The position numbers and the translations under genes were made by a program. This document shows, piece by piece, positions 9,422 through 18,406 of a stretch of 64,000 nt of DNA; positions within the stretch are counted from its first letter, which is position 1, and each line of letters begins with the position of its first letter. Origin of the DNA: Polyangiales bacterium (lineage in GTDB: Bacteria > Myxococcota_A > Polyangia > Polyangiales > JADJQN01); assembly GCA_964202905.1 (NCBI GenBank), contig CAXNJO010000006.1:320001-384000 (forward strand), written 5' to 3'. Below the pieces are notes generated by a model. The model was not told the origin of the DNA. It did no database searches and worked only from the letters and a program-made list of their open reading frames with translations.

Positions 9422-11353
9422 ATGGTCGGCGACGTCCCGAGCGTCGGGGAGGTCGACGCGCTGACGTTCGCGGCGCGCGTCGATCGGCTCGTCGCGCACC
9501 TCGAGCGCGCGCAGGGGATCGGCCAGCGGCGCTGGCTGTCGGAGGCGCTCTCGTCCGCGCTCCGACGCAGCGATCCGGGCGCGCTCACACCGGACCTCGC
9601 CGCGCGCGCCGCCGCGCTCGGCGTGCCTGCGACGCACGACGCGGGGGAGATCGAGCCGCCGCCGCACTCGGTCGTCGTGCCGTGCGCGGCGGGCCCGCTC
9701 GGCCTCGCGCGGCGTGTGCATGCGGGCTTCGATCTCGAGGCCGCCGACGAGGCGGGCGGCTTCGAGGGGACGAGCCGTGACGCGGCGCGTCATGCGCTTC
9801 GCGCGGCGGCACAGCGGATCACGCCGCCGCACCCGATCGCGCGCTACCACCTCGTTCCCTGGCTCCCGGGCTCGCTGGCGTGGGTGACCGTCGACGGAGA
9901 CTCGCTCGGCGCCGCGACCTACGTCTCGGCGGTCGCGCTCTGGAGTGGTCGCGCGGTCCGCGCGGGGACGGCCGTGAGCGCGGCGCTCGTGGGCGCGTCG
10001 GTCGGGCCGGTGGGCGGGCTCGCCGCGAAGGTGGACGCGCTGCTCGCGCGCGCGGACGTCACGCGTCTCGTGGTCGCGGAGGCCGACCGCGCGCAGGTCG
10101 AGTCCCTCGTGCGCGCGGCGGGCGGGCGCCTCGAGGTCGTCGGTGCCGGCTCGACCGACGCGCTGCTCGTGGCGGCGCTCGCCGCGCCGGACGCGGTCGC
10201 GCGCGGGGCGCTGCGCGGGGACGACGTCGACCACGTCGTGTACGAGGCGCGCCGCGCGTTCGCGGGCGGATGGTCGAGCTATCGCTGGCCCGCGCTGCGC
10301 GAGCGGCTCGAGCGCGTCGCGGGGATGATCCCCGCGGGGCGCCCGGACCTCGAGGTCGCCGCGCTGACGATGCTCGGCGCCGCGCGCCGTCACCTCGGCG
10401 CGCCCGAGGAGAGCGCGCGCGTGCTCGCCCGCGCGGAGGCGCTCGCCGCGGCACACGCGGCCGTCGTGCCCGACCCGCCCCTCGTGCACCTGCACGAGCA
10501 CGTCGCCCTCACGCGCGCGATGCTCGGCGACCTGCGCGAGGCGAGGGTCGCGGCGCAGCGAGCCGTGCGCATCGCGGCGCGGGCGCGGCTCTCCGCCGAG
10601 CAGGTGAAGGCGCTCGGCACCCTCGGCCTCGTCGAGCTCGCCGCGGGGCGCTGCGAGGCGGCCGCGGCCGCGCAGGCCCGCGCGCTCGCGCTCGGGCACG
10701 CGGGGCGGCCCGCGCACTGCGCACGCACGTGCGGCTACCTCGCGGAGGCGTGCGGTCGCGCGGGGGATCTCGCCGGCGCGCGCGCCGCGTGGGCGGAGGG
10801 GCGTGCCCACCTCGCGGCGTCTCCCGAGGCCGGTCGCGACGTCCTCGAGGCCTGGCTGCGCGTGAACTTCGGGGCCGCGCTCGTGCGCTGCGGCGCGCCC
10901 GAGGAGGCCGTCGAGACGCTCGCCGTGCCCGTGGTCGCCGCGCAGCTCGAGGGCGGTCCGCTCCCCGGCCTGCTCGCGCGCCGCGCCCTCGGCCTCGCGC
11001 TCGTGCGGCGCCCCGCGTCCTCGCCCGCCGAGATCGCGCGCGGCCTCGAGCTGCTCGCGCAGTCCCCCGCAGCGCACGGGCAGCTCGCGGCGCCGCGGTT
11101 TCTCGCGATGGCGCAGGCCAACGTCCTGCACGAGGCGCGCGCCCGCCTCGCGCTCGGCCGCTGGGAGTCGGACATCGAGGCCCGCGCCGTCCGCGCGCTC
11201 GGCTCGCTCCCGCGCTACGGCCGCGTGTCCACGCGCCTCGCGCCGCTCGCGCTGCGCGTTCACCGTGCGCTCGCCGAGGCCGACGCGCGCCCCGCGCCCC
11301 TCGCGCGCGCGCTCGACACCCTGCTCGCGCGCACCGAGCGGTTCGGGCTCTAG
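9422..11353 (+). CDS. Lon (S16)-type protease domain fused to TPR-like helical repeats, no AAA+ module
   Basis: VDGDSLG and VGPVGGLAAK motifs with a Ser-Lys spacing of 42 residues. The C-terminal half has TPR-like helices (KALGTLGLVELAAGRCEAA). Confidence 0.65.
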   Translation: MVGDVPSVGEVDALTFAARVDRLVAHLERAQGIGQRRWLSEALSSALRRSDPGALTPDLAARAAALGVPATHDAGEIEPPPHSVVVPCAAGPLGLARRVHAGFDLEAADEAGGFEGTSRDAARHALRAAAQRITPPHPIARYHLVPWLPGSLAWVTVDGDSLGAATYVSAVALWSGRAVRAGTAVSAALVGASVGPVGGLAAKVDALLARADVTRLVVAEADRAQVESLVRAAGGRLEVVGAGSTDALLVAALAAPDAVARGALRGDDVDHVVYEARRAFAGGWSSYRWPALRERLERVAGMIPAGRPDLEVAALTMLGAARRHLGAPEESARVLARAEALAAAHAAVVPDPPLVHLHEHVALTRAMLGDLREARVAAQRAVRIAARARLSAEQVKALGTLGLVELAAGRCEAAAAAQARALALGHAGRPAHCARTCGYLAEACGRAGDLAGARAAWAEGRAHLAASPEAGRDVLEAWLRVNFGAALVRCGAPEEAVETLAVPVVAAQLEGGPLPGLLARRALGLALVRRPASSPAEIARGLELLAQSPAAHGQLAAPRFLAMAQANVLHEARARLALGRWESDIEARAVRALGSLPRYGRVSTRLAPLALRVHRALAEADARPAPLARALDTLLARTERFGL

Positions 11354-11370
11354 CGCAGCGTCGCGTCCGG

Positions 11371-11493
11371 CGCCGGACATCGCAACGAGGTTGCCGTGTC
11401 GCGGCCACGCGCGCCGGACATCGCAAGGAGGTTGCCGTGTCGCGGTCACGCACACCGGACACCGCAAGGAGGTTGCCGTGTCGCGGTCCGCGA
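11371..11493. repeat. Three tandem 41-bp imperfect hairpin repeats between convergent genes
   Basis: Units at 11371, 11412 and 11453 share the core ccggacaYcgcaaNgaggttgccgtgtcgcgg. Confidence 0.9.
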
Positions 11494-11507
11494 GGCGGGC
11501 GGCCGCG

Positions 11508-12569
11508 CTAGAGGCGCATCAGCGCCGAGCCCCAGTGCAGGCCGGCGCCGAGCGCGAGAAAGCAGATGAGCTCGCCCCGCTTCAGGCGGCCCGCGCGGAG
11601 CAGCTCGTCGAGCAGGATCGGGATCGTGGCGCCGCTCGTGTTGCCGTAGCGCGCGATGTTCGAGGGGACCTTCTCCGCGGGGACACCGAGCGCCTCGCGC
11701 ACCGCCTGGTTGATGCGGTCGTTCGCCTGGTGCGCGACGAACCAGTCGACGTCGGCGAGCGCGACGCCGTGCTCGGCGCAGAGCGCGCGCACCACCTGCG
11801 GCAGGCGCGTGACGGCCGTCTTGAAGAGCTCCTTGCCGGCCATGCTGGGGATGTGCTCTTCGCGCTCGAACATCTCGCGCGTCCAGTACGGCCGGCGGCG
11901 AAACCCGCCGCCCTCGATGTAGATGTGCTTCGCGGCGTGGCCGTCGGTGTGCACCTTCACGCCGAGCAGCCCGTGCCCGGGGACCTCGCTGCGCCGCATC
12001 ACGAGCGCGCCCGCGCCGTCGCCGAAGAGGATCGCGAGCGAGCGGTGACGCGTCGCCCGCGCGCGCGCCTCGACGCTCACACGCGAGGGGTCCGCCTCAC
12101 CGAGCAGCACATCCCAGTCGTCCCACGGCATGAAGCCCGCGTGCGCCTCGGCGCCGACGACGAGCAGGGTGCGCGCCGCGCCGCTCGCGGCGAGCCCGTC
12201 CGCGACCTGGAAGGCGAAGGGCATCGCCCCGCACTGCTGCCGGATGTCGAGCGCCGGCACACCCGCGATGCCGAGCTTCGCGCCGAGCAGCCCGCCCGAG
12301 CCCGGGAACACGAAGTCCGGCGTCATCGTGGCGAAGACGATGTAATCGATCTCGGAGGCGGCGACGCCGGCGCTCTCGAGCGCGCGCTCGGCCGCGATCA
12401 CGGCGAGGTCGCTGCAACCGGTGCCCTCCGGCGCGAAGTGACGCTGCCGGATGCCCGTGCGCTTGTAGATCCACTCGTCGTCGGTGTCCATCACGCGCCC
12501 GAGCGCGGCGTTGCCGACGGGGACGCCGGGGGCGTGGCTTCCGGAGCCGAGGATGGTGAGGCCGGGCAT
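11508..12569 (-). CDS. fabH: 3-oxoacyl-ACP synthase III family
   Basis: WIYKRTGIRQR, catalytic Cys (QQCGA), LFGDGAGA, HQAN, GNTSGA. Confidence 0.9.
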   Translation of the reverse strand: MPGLTILGSGSHAPGVPVGNAALGRVMDTDDEWIYKRTGIRQRHFAPEGTGCSDLAVIAAERALESAGVAASEIDYIVFATMTPDFVFPGSGGLLGAKLGIAGVPALDIRQQCGAMPFAFQVADGLAASGAARTLLVVGAEAHAGFMPWDDWDVLLGEADPSRVSVEARARATRHRSLAILFGDGAGALVMRRSEVPGHGLLGVKVHTDGHAAKHIYIEGGGFRRRPYWTREMFEREEHIPSMAGKELFKTAVTRLPQVVRALCAEHGVALADVDWFVAHQANDRINQAVREALGVPAEKVPSNIARYGNTSGATIPILLDELLRAGRLKRGELICFLALGAGLHWGSALMRL

Positions 12570-12637
12570 GGGCGGCCGACCCTAGCAGAGGGGGGCGGCG
12601 ATTGCCCTGCGCGGGGGCGGCCCGCATGCTCGCCCGC

Positions 12638-13588
12638 ATGGGTGACGCGCGCGCTCCTTCGGCCGACGACGGTGGGGACTCCTTCGACTTCGCGCGCTAC
12701 GTCGCGGCCCGGCGCGCCGCGGTGCCCGGCGGGGACGACGAGGCGACGCGCTACGCGTACGCCGCCGACGTCGCGATGCTGCGCACGTTCCGGCGCCTGC
12801 GCCCCGTCGAGCTCGCGGCCGCGGCCGTCGTGCGCACGAGCAAGGAGCTGATGCGCAACCAGCTGCTCGGCCGCACCGTGCGTGTGTCGCCGCGGCAGTT
12901 TCCGCAGGTGCACGCGCTCGCCGTCGAGTGCGCCGAGACGCTCGGTGTCGCGGTCCCCACGGTGTACGTCGCCAACAGCCCCGTCATCAACGCGTACACC
13001 TCGGGCACCGACGACGACGCGTTCATCGTCGTGCACTCGGCCCTGCTCGACGCGTTCGAGCCCGCCGAGCTCAAGTTCGTGCTGGGCCACGAGACGGGGC
13101 ACATCCAGAACAAGCACGTCGTGTACGGCACGGTGCTGCGCGTGCTGCTCGACGGCGCGAGCGTGTTCCTCCGCTACGCCGCGGCGCCCGCGCAGATGCC
13201 GCTGATGGCCTGGTATCGGCGCGCCGAGATCACCTGCGATCGGGCGGGTCTGCTCTGCACGCGCGACCTCGCGGCGGCCTCGCGCGCCTTCCTGAAGATC
13301 GCGATCGGCTCGCGCGCGCTCGTCGCGCAGATCGATCTCGACGCGTTCGTCGCGCAGGCGGGCGAGGGGCGTGTCGGGGTCGGCCGGATGCTCGAGGCGT
13401 TCGACACGCACCCGTACCTCCCGAAGCGGATCGAGGCGCTGCGCGTCTTCGCCGAGAGCGCGCTCTACCGCCGCGCGATCGGCGCGGGCGACGACGGCCT
13501 CTCCATGGAAGAGGTCGACCGCCGCACGGGCGCGATCGTGCAGATCCTGCGCAGCGGGTCGCAAGGCGCGGGGGCCGTCGATGCCTGA
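12638..13588 (+). CDS. M48 (HtpX/Ste24-like) zinc metallopeptidase
   Basis: NAYT, LGHETGH (HExxH), AEITCDRAG, THP..RI motifs. Confidence 0.9.
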   Translation: MGDARAPSADDGGDSFDFARYVAARRAAVPGGDDEATRYAYAADVAMLRTFRRLRPVELAAAAVVRTSKELMRNQLLGRTVRVSPRQFPQVHALAVECAETLGVAVPTVYVANSPVINAYTSGTDDDAFIVVHSALLDAFEPAELKFVLGHETGHIQNKHVVYGTVLRVLLDGASVFLRYAAAPAQMPLMAWYRRAEITCDRAGLLCTRDLAAASRAFLKIAIGSRALVAQIDLDAFVAQAGEGRVGVGRMLEAFDTHPYLPKRIEALRVFAESALYRRAIGAGDDGLSMEEVDRRTGAIVQILRSGSQGAGAVDA

Positions 13589-14345
13589 GTCGGGCGAGTC
13601 CGTCGAGGCCGGGCCGGGGCGCGAGGACGTGTCCGCCCACGAGGCGCCCGCGGGCGAGGCATCGGCCAGCGGTGCCCCTGTGGGTGAAGCGGCCGCGGCG
13701 CGGGCCGCACGCGTCTGGGGGCGCGTGGGCGTCCTCAAGGGGCGCGTGCGCGCGGAGACGCTCGACTTCGGCGAGCGCTTCGCGCGGGCGGTGCCGCGGG
13801 AGATCGAGGCGGCGCGCGCCGAGGATCTGCGGCGTCATTGGCAGGGCTTCATCGAGGAGCGCTTCGACGCGTTCGCGCGGGCGCGCTGGGAGGCGATCGC
13901 CCCCGAGCTCGCCGCGCTCGAGCAGGAGGTCGTCGTGTCGCGCGACGCGGACGCCCGTGCACACGCCGCGCGGGTCGCGGCTGCGCTCGAGACCACGGGC
14001 CGCTCCGTGCGCGACGGGCGCGATTCGCGGGCCGCGGACGTCGGCGTGGTCGCCCTCGGCGCGATCGGACTCGGCGTGATGGTGTTCTCGAGCGCGGCCC
14101 TCGGCGGCGCGCTCGCGCTCTCGGCGCCCGTGCTCGCGTGGATGGCGCGGGAGCGCGCGGACGAGTCGCTCAAGCGCCGGTCCATCGAGGAGACGCCGGG
14201 CGCGGTGCGCGCGGCGGCGGGCCGCGTCGCGGACCTCTTCGACGCGCGCCTCGACGAGGTGGGCGCGCGGCTCGCGGGGATGGTCGGCGCGGTGGATGAC
14301 GCCGCGGACGCGGGCCCCGCGCGCCGCGTCGCGGACGCGCCGTAG
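13581..14345 (+). CDS. Hypothetical coiled-coil protein with a central membrane hairpin (possibly dynamin-stalk-like)
   Basis: ATG 13581 overlaps the M48 gene end. Long helices flank the hydrophobic hairpin VGVVALGAIGLGVMVF-ALGGALALSAPVLAW. Confidence 0.55.
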   Translation: MPESGESVEAGPGREDVSAHEAPAGEASASGAPVGEAAAARAARVWGRVGVLKGRVRAETLDFGERFARAVPREIEAARAEDLRRHWQGFIEERFDAFARARWEAIAPELAALEQEVVVSRDADARAHAARVAAALETTGRSVRDGRDSRAADVGVVALGAIGLGVMVFSSAALGGALALSAPVLAWMARERADESLKRRSIEETPGAVRAAAGRVADLFDARLDEVGARLAGMVGAVDDAADAGPARRVADAP

Positions 14346-14354
14346 TCGGTGCCG

Positions 14355-15398
14355 TCAGACCGTCGCGCCGCCGCACGACGAGCCCGAGCCCGCGGTGCAG
14401 CCGTAGCAGTGCCGCGCGACCGCGATCTCGCGGCCGACGAGCGCGTCGAGGTCGAAATCGCGGATGTGCTGCGGGGCTGATGCGGAACAGGGCAGCTCGA
14501 GCTGCTGGTTGAAATCGCAGTCGTAGAGCGCGCCGTCCCAGCCGACGCTGAGCGTGTCGAGGCACATCACGCCCGCGGTCGCGGCCGGGTTGAAGGCGGC
14601 GACGAGCCGCTCGAGGTAGGCCTCGAGCTGCCCCGCGCCCTCGAGCCACTCGAGGTAGCGGCTGATCGGCATGTTCGTGATCGTGTAGAGCGCGTCGAAG
14701 CGCACGCCGTGGAGCCGCAGCATCTCGCGCTTCCATTCGGCTTCGAGCGAGGCCTGGCTCGCCGGGAGGAACGCGCCGACCGGGTTGCTCACGAGCACGA
14801 GGCGCAGCGGACCGCCGTGGCCGTAGCCCGCCTCGTTCAGGCGGCGCAGGGCGCGGATCGACTTCTCGTAGACGCCGTCGCCGCGCTGCCGATCGGTGTT
14901 CGTCTGCCGGTAGTGCGGGAGCGAACAGACGACCTCGACGCCGTGCTCCGCGAAGAACGCGGGCAGCTCGCGGTGCGTGGGCGTCTCGAGGATCGTGAGG
15001 TTGCAGCGGTCCATCACGTGCCGGCCGAGCGCGCGCACCTCCTGCACCAGCCAGCGGAAGTGCGGGTTCATCTCGGGCGCGCCGCCGGTGAGATCGACGA
15101 CCGGGATGTCCGTCGCCGCGAGCGCGCGGAGGCAGTGCGCCATCGTCTCGCGCGTCATCACCTCGCGCCGGTCGGGGCCCGCGTCCACGTGGCAGTGACG
15201 GCAGGTCTGGTTGCAGAGCTTGCCGAGGTTCAGCTGCAGCACGCGCGGCGCGCGCGCGCGGAGGGGCGCGACGCCGCGGGCCGCGAGCGTGGCCTCGAAG
15301 TCGGGCACGCCGGGCAGGCGGGTGAGCGCCTCGCGCTGCACGGCGGCGGAGGCGAGCGGGAGCCCGCGGGAGAGGAGGGAGAGCGCGTGAGCGGCCAT
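14355..15398 (-). CDS. arsS: Radical SAM protein with Cys-rich tail (ArsS/DUF3641 family)
   Basis: CNQTCRHC, DLTGGAPEMNP, YDCDFNQ, C-terminal HCYGCTAGSGSSCGG. Confidence 0.85.
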   Translation of the reverse strand: MAAHALSLLSRGLPLASAAVQREALTRLPGVPDFEATLAARGVAPLRARAPRVLQLNLGKLCNQTCRHCHVDAGPDRREVMTRETMAHCLRALAATDIPVVDLTGGAPEMNPHFRWLVQEVRALGRHVMDRCNLTILETPTHRELPAFFAEHGVEVVCSLPHYRQTNTDRQRGDGVYEKSIRALRRLNEAGYGHGGPLRLVLVSNPVGAFLPASQASLEAEWKREMLRLHGVRFDALYTITNMPISRYLEWLEGAGQLEAYLERLVAAFNPAATAGVMCLDTLSVGWDGALYDCDFNQQLELPCSASAPQHIRDFDLDALVGREIAVARHCYGCTAGSGSSCGGATV

Positions 15399-15550
15399 CG
15401 GCGGGAGACCTCGCGGGCGGGGGCGGCGCACTGTAGTCGATGCCGCGGGGGAGGCCCGCGCCGCGCGTGCGGCGTGTGGGCCGTGGCGAACGATCGGCGT
15501 GGAGACCGCCTCGCGATTCGCGCGCGCTCCAGCCGACGCGGCCCCGACGA

Positions 15551-16843
15551 TCAGGGCACTTCGCCGCGCATCAGGTCGTCGACCGTCTCGCGGGCGCGCA
15601 CCACGCGGAACGAACCGCCGTCGACGAGCACCTCGGGCGCGCGCGGGCGCGCATTGTACTGGCTCGCCATGCTCATCGCGTACGCGCCGGCGCCGCGGAT
15701 CGCGACGAGGTCGCCCGCGGCGAGCGGCGCGAGGGCGCGGTCGCGCGCGAGGAAGTCGCCCGTCTCGCACACGGGCCCGACGACGTCGACGACCTCCGGC
15801 GCGCCGCGGCCGCGCGGATCGTGCACGGGCACGACGGCGTGGTGCGCGTCGTAGAGCGCAGGACGGATGAGCTCCGTCATCGCGGCGTCGAGGATGACGA
15901 AGCGCCGCGTCGGCTGCTGCTTCACCGAGAGCACGCGCGCGAGCAGCACGCCCGCGTCGCCGACCAGCGCGCGGCCGTTCTCGACGAGGATCTCGAGGCC
16001 GAGCGCGTCGGCGCCGGCGCGGCGCAGGCCGTCGCGGATCGCGTCCCCGAAGGACTCCCACGCGTCGCTGGGCCGCGCCTCGTCGCCGTACGCGATGGGC
16101 CAGCCGCCGCCCGCGTCGAGGGTGCGCAGCGGGGCGCCCGCCTCGAGGCAGGCGCGCGCGAAGCGGGCGATGCGCTCGACCGCCTCGCCGAGCGGCGCGG
16201 CCGAGGGGAGCTGCGAGCCGATGTGGCAGGCGACGCCCTCGAGCGTGAGGTGCCCGCTCGCGAGGATGCGCGGCAGGAGCGCGTGCGCCGCGTCGAACTC
16301 GAGGCCGAACTTCGTGTCGTGCAGGCCCGTCGCGATGTACGGGTGCGTCGCCGGATCGACGTCCGGGTTGAGGCGGAGCGCGATGGGCGCGCGCACCCCG
16401 CGCGCGGCGGCCCGCGCCTCGACGAGCGCGAGCTCCTCGGCGCTCTCGACGTGCACGCTCCGGATGCCCGCGGCGAGCGCCGCGTCGAGCTCGTCGGCGC
16501 GCTTGCCGATGCCGCTGAAGACGATGCGCGACGCGGGCACGCCGGCCCGCAGCGCGCGGGCGAGCTCGCCGGCCGACACGATGTCGCAGCCCGCCCCGAG
16601 CCGCGCGAGGCGGGCGAGCACCGCGAGGTTGCCGTTGGCCTTCACCGCGTACGCGACGAGGTGCGGCAGACCCGCGAGCGTCGCGTCGACGCGCGCGAAG
16701 GCCGCGTCGATCGCCGCGCCGCTGTAGACGTACGCGGGCGTGCCGACCTCCGCGGCGATGGCGGCGAGCGGGACGCCCTCGGCGCAGAGGGCGCCGGTCG
16801 CGTCGCGCGCGAACACCGGGGAGGGCGGCGTCTCGGCGCTCAT
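15551..16843 (-). CDS. lysA: Diaminopimelate decarboxylase
   Basis: GTPAYVY, YAVKAN, HPYIATG, HIGSQ, GPVCETGD, GAYAMSMASQYN. Confidence 0.97.
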   Translation of the reverse strand: MSAETPPSPVFARDATGALCAEGVPLAAIAAEVGTPAYVYSGAAIDAAFARVDATLAGLPHLVAYAVKANGNLAVLARLARLGAGCDIVSAGELARALRAGVPASRIVFSGIGKRADELDAALAAGIRSVHVESAEELALVEARAAARGVRAPIALRLNPDVDPATHPYIATGLHDTKFGLEFDAAHALLPRILASGHLTLEGVACHIGSQLPSAAPLGEAVERIARFARACLEAGAPLRTLDAGGGWPIAYGDEARPSDAWESFGDAIRDGLRRAGADALGLEILVENGRALVGDAGVLLARVLSVKQQPTRRFVILDAAMTELIRPALYDAHHAVVPVHDPRGRGAPEVVDVVGPVCETGDFLARDRALAPLAAGDLVAIRGAGAYAMSMASQYNARPRAPEVLVDGGSFRVVRARETVDDLMRGEVP

Positions 16844-18288
16844 CCGGCGTCGCCCGTCGCGGGGGTCGCGAGGCCGTGCTCGGTGGCGACCGTGTCGACG
16901 TCGGTGCCGCGCTCCGCGAGACGCGCGCGCAACGCCGCGATCGCCGCGCGTACCTGCCGCCGCGCGGGGCCGCCCGGCACGTCGCGGCGCTCGACGATGA
17001 CCTCCGGATTGAGGGCGTGGAAGATGTCCTCGGCGAACGCGGGGTGCTCGGCGCGGAGCTCCTCGAGGCTCAGCTCGGCGAGGGTGCGGCCGAGACCGAG
17101 CGCGCGCCGCACGAGCCTCCCCGAGACGTGGTGCGCCTCGCGGAACGGCACGCCGCGCGCGGCGAGGTAGTCCGCGATCTCGGTCGCGTCGACGAAGCCC
17201 TCGCGCAGCGCGGCGCGCATCCGCGCGGCGTCGAAGCGGGTGTGCGCGAGCGCGGGTGCGAGGACGTCGAGCGAGGCGTCCACCGTGTCGAACGCGTCGA
17301 AGACGGGTGGCTTGTCCTCCTGCAGATCGCGGTTGTAGGCGAGCGGGAGGCCCTTGAGCAGCACGAGCAGCGTGACGAGGTCGCCGACGACGCGCCCCGT
17401 CTTGCCGCGCACGAGCTCGGCCATGTCGGGGTTCTTCTTCTGCGGCATCATCGACGAGCCCGTCGTGAAGGCGTCGCTCATCTGCGCGAACCCGAACTCC
17501 TGCGTGCTCCAGAGCACGAGCTCCTCGCCGATGCGCGAGAGGTGCACCGCGGTCATCGCGAGCGCGGCGACGGACTCGACGAGGAAGTCGCGGTCCCCGG
17601 TCGCGTCGAGCGAGTTGCGCGCGGGCCGCGCGAAGCCGAGCGCCTCCGCGGTGTGCGCGCGGTCGATGGGGAAGGTGGTCGCGGCGAGGGCGCCCGCGCC
17701 GAGCGGCGACTCGTTCATGCGGCGCGCGGCGTCGTCGAGCCGGCCGCGATCGCGCTCGAGCATCTCGCACCAGGCGAGCAGGTGGTGCGCGAGGCGCACG
17801 GGCTGCGCGCGCTGCAGGTGCGTGTAGCCGGGCATCAGCACGTCGACCGTCTCGGCGGCCCGCGCCGCGAGCACGGCGAGGAGGCGATCGAGCCGGGCGC
17901 CCGTCGCGCCGCACGCGCTGCGCGTCCAGAGACGCATGTCCGTCGCGACCTGATCGTTGCGGCTCCGCGCGGTGTGGAGCCGCGCGCCCGCCTCGCCGAT
18001 GCGCTCGGTCAGCGTCGCCTCGATGTTCATGTGGACGTCCTCGCGGGCTGCGCTCCACACGAAGGTTCCGGCCGCGACCTCGCCCGCGATCTGCTCGAGG
18101 CCCGCGACGATCTTCGCGGCGTCCGCCTGCGGGATGATGCCGCGCGCAGCCAGCATGCGCGCGTGCGCGATCGAGCCGCGGATGTCCTCCGGGGCGAGCC
18201 GCGCGTCCACGTGCACGCTCGCGCCGAAGCGCGCCGCGAGCTCGCTCGGCTCCTCGTCGAACCGTCCACCCCAGGCCTTCGTCGACAT
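16840..18288 (-). CDS. argH: Argininosuccinate lyase
   Basis: WGGRF, RSRNDQV, PGYTHLQRAQP, GSSMMPQKKNPD, YNRDLQEDK. Confidence 0.98.
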   Translation of the reverse strand: MSTKAWGGRFDEEPSELAARFGASVHVDARLAPEDIRGSIAHARMLAARGIIPQADAAKIVAGLEQIAGEVAAGTFVWSAAREDVHMNIEATLTERIGEAGARLHTARSRNDQVATDMRLWTRSACGATGARLDRLLAVLAARAAETVDVLMPGYTHLQRAQPVRLAHHLLAWCEMLERDRGRLDDAARRMNESPLGAGALAATTFPIDRAHTAEALGFARPARNSLDATGDRDFLVESVAALAMTAVHLSRIGEELVLWSTQEFGFAQMSDAFTTGSSMMPQKKNPDMAELVRGKTGRVVGDLVTLLVLLKGLPLAYNRDLQEDKPPVFDAFDTVDASLDVLAPALAHTRFDAARMRAALREGFVDATEIADYLAARGVPFREAHHVSGRLVRRALGLGRTLAELSLEELRAEHPAFAEDIFHALNPEVIVERRDVPGGPARRQVRAAIAALRARLAERGTDVDTVATEHGLATPATGDAG

Positions 18289-18406
18289 CGTGTTTCTCCT
18301 TGGATTGCTTGGGTTTCGTCGTGTTCGCAGCGCGTCGGGACGTCGTGTGTCGCGTGGGTCGCTCGAGGCGCGTGTCGGTCGTCGGGGGCGGCGCCGGGCT
18401 GCGTGA

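Noticed and set aside
11371..11493. Possible CRISPR array
   Set aside because: The units are contiguous near-identical 41-mers without unique spacers and lie far from the cas genes.
14355..14400. Selenocysteine recoding in the ArsS-like C-terminus
   Set aside because: The position is a normal Cys codon and the ORF ends shortly afterwards.
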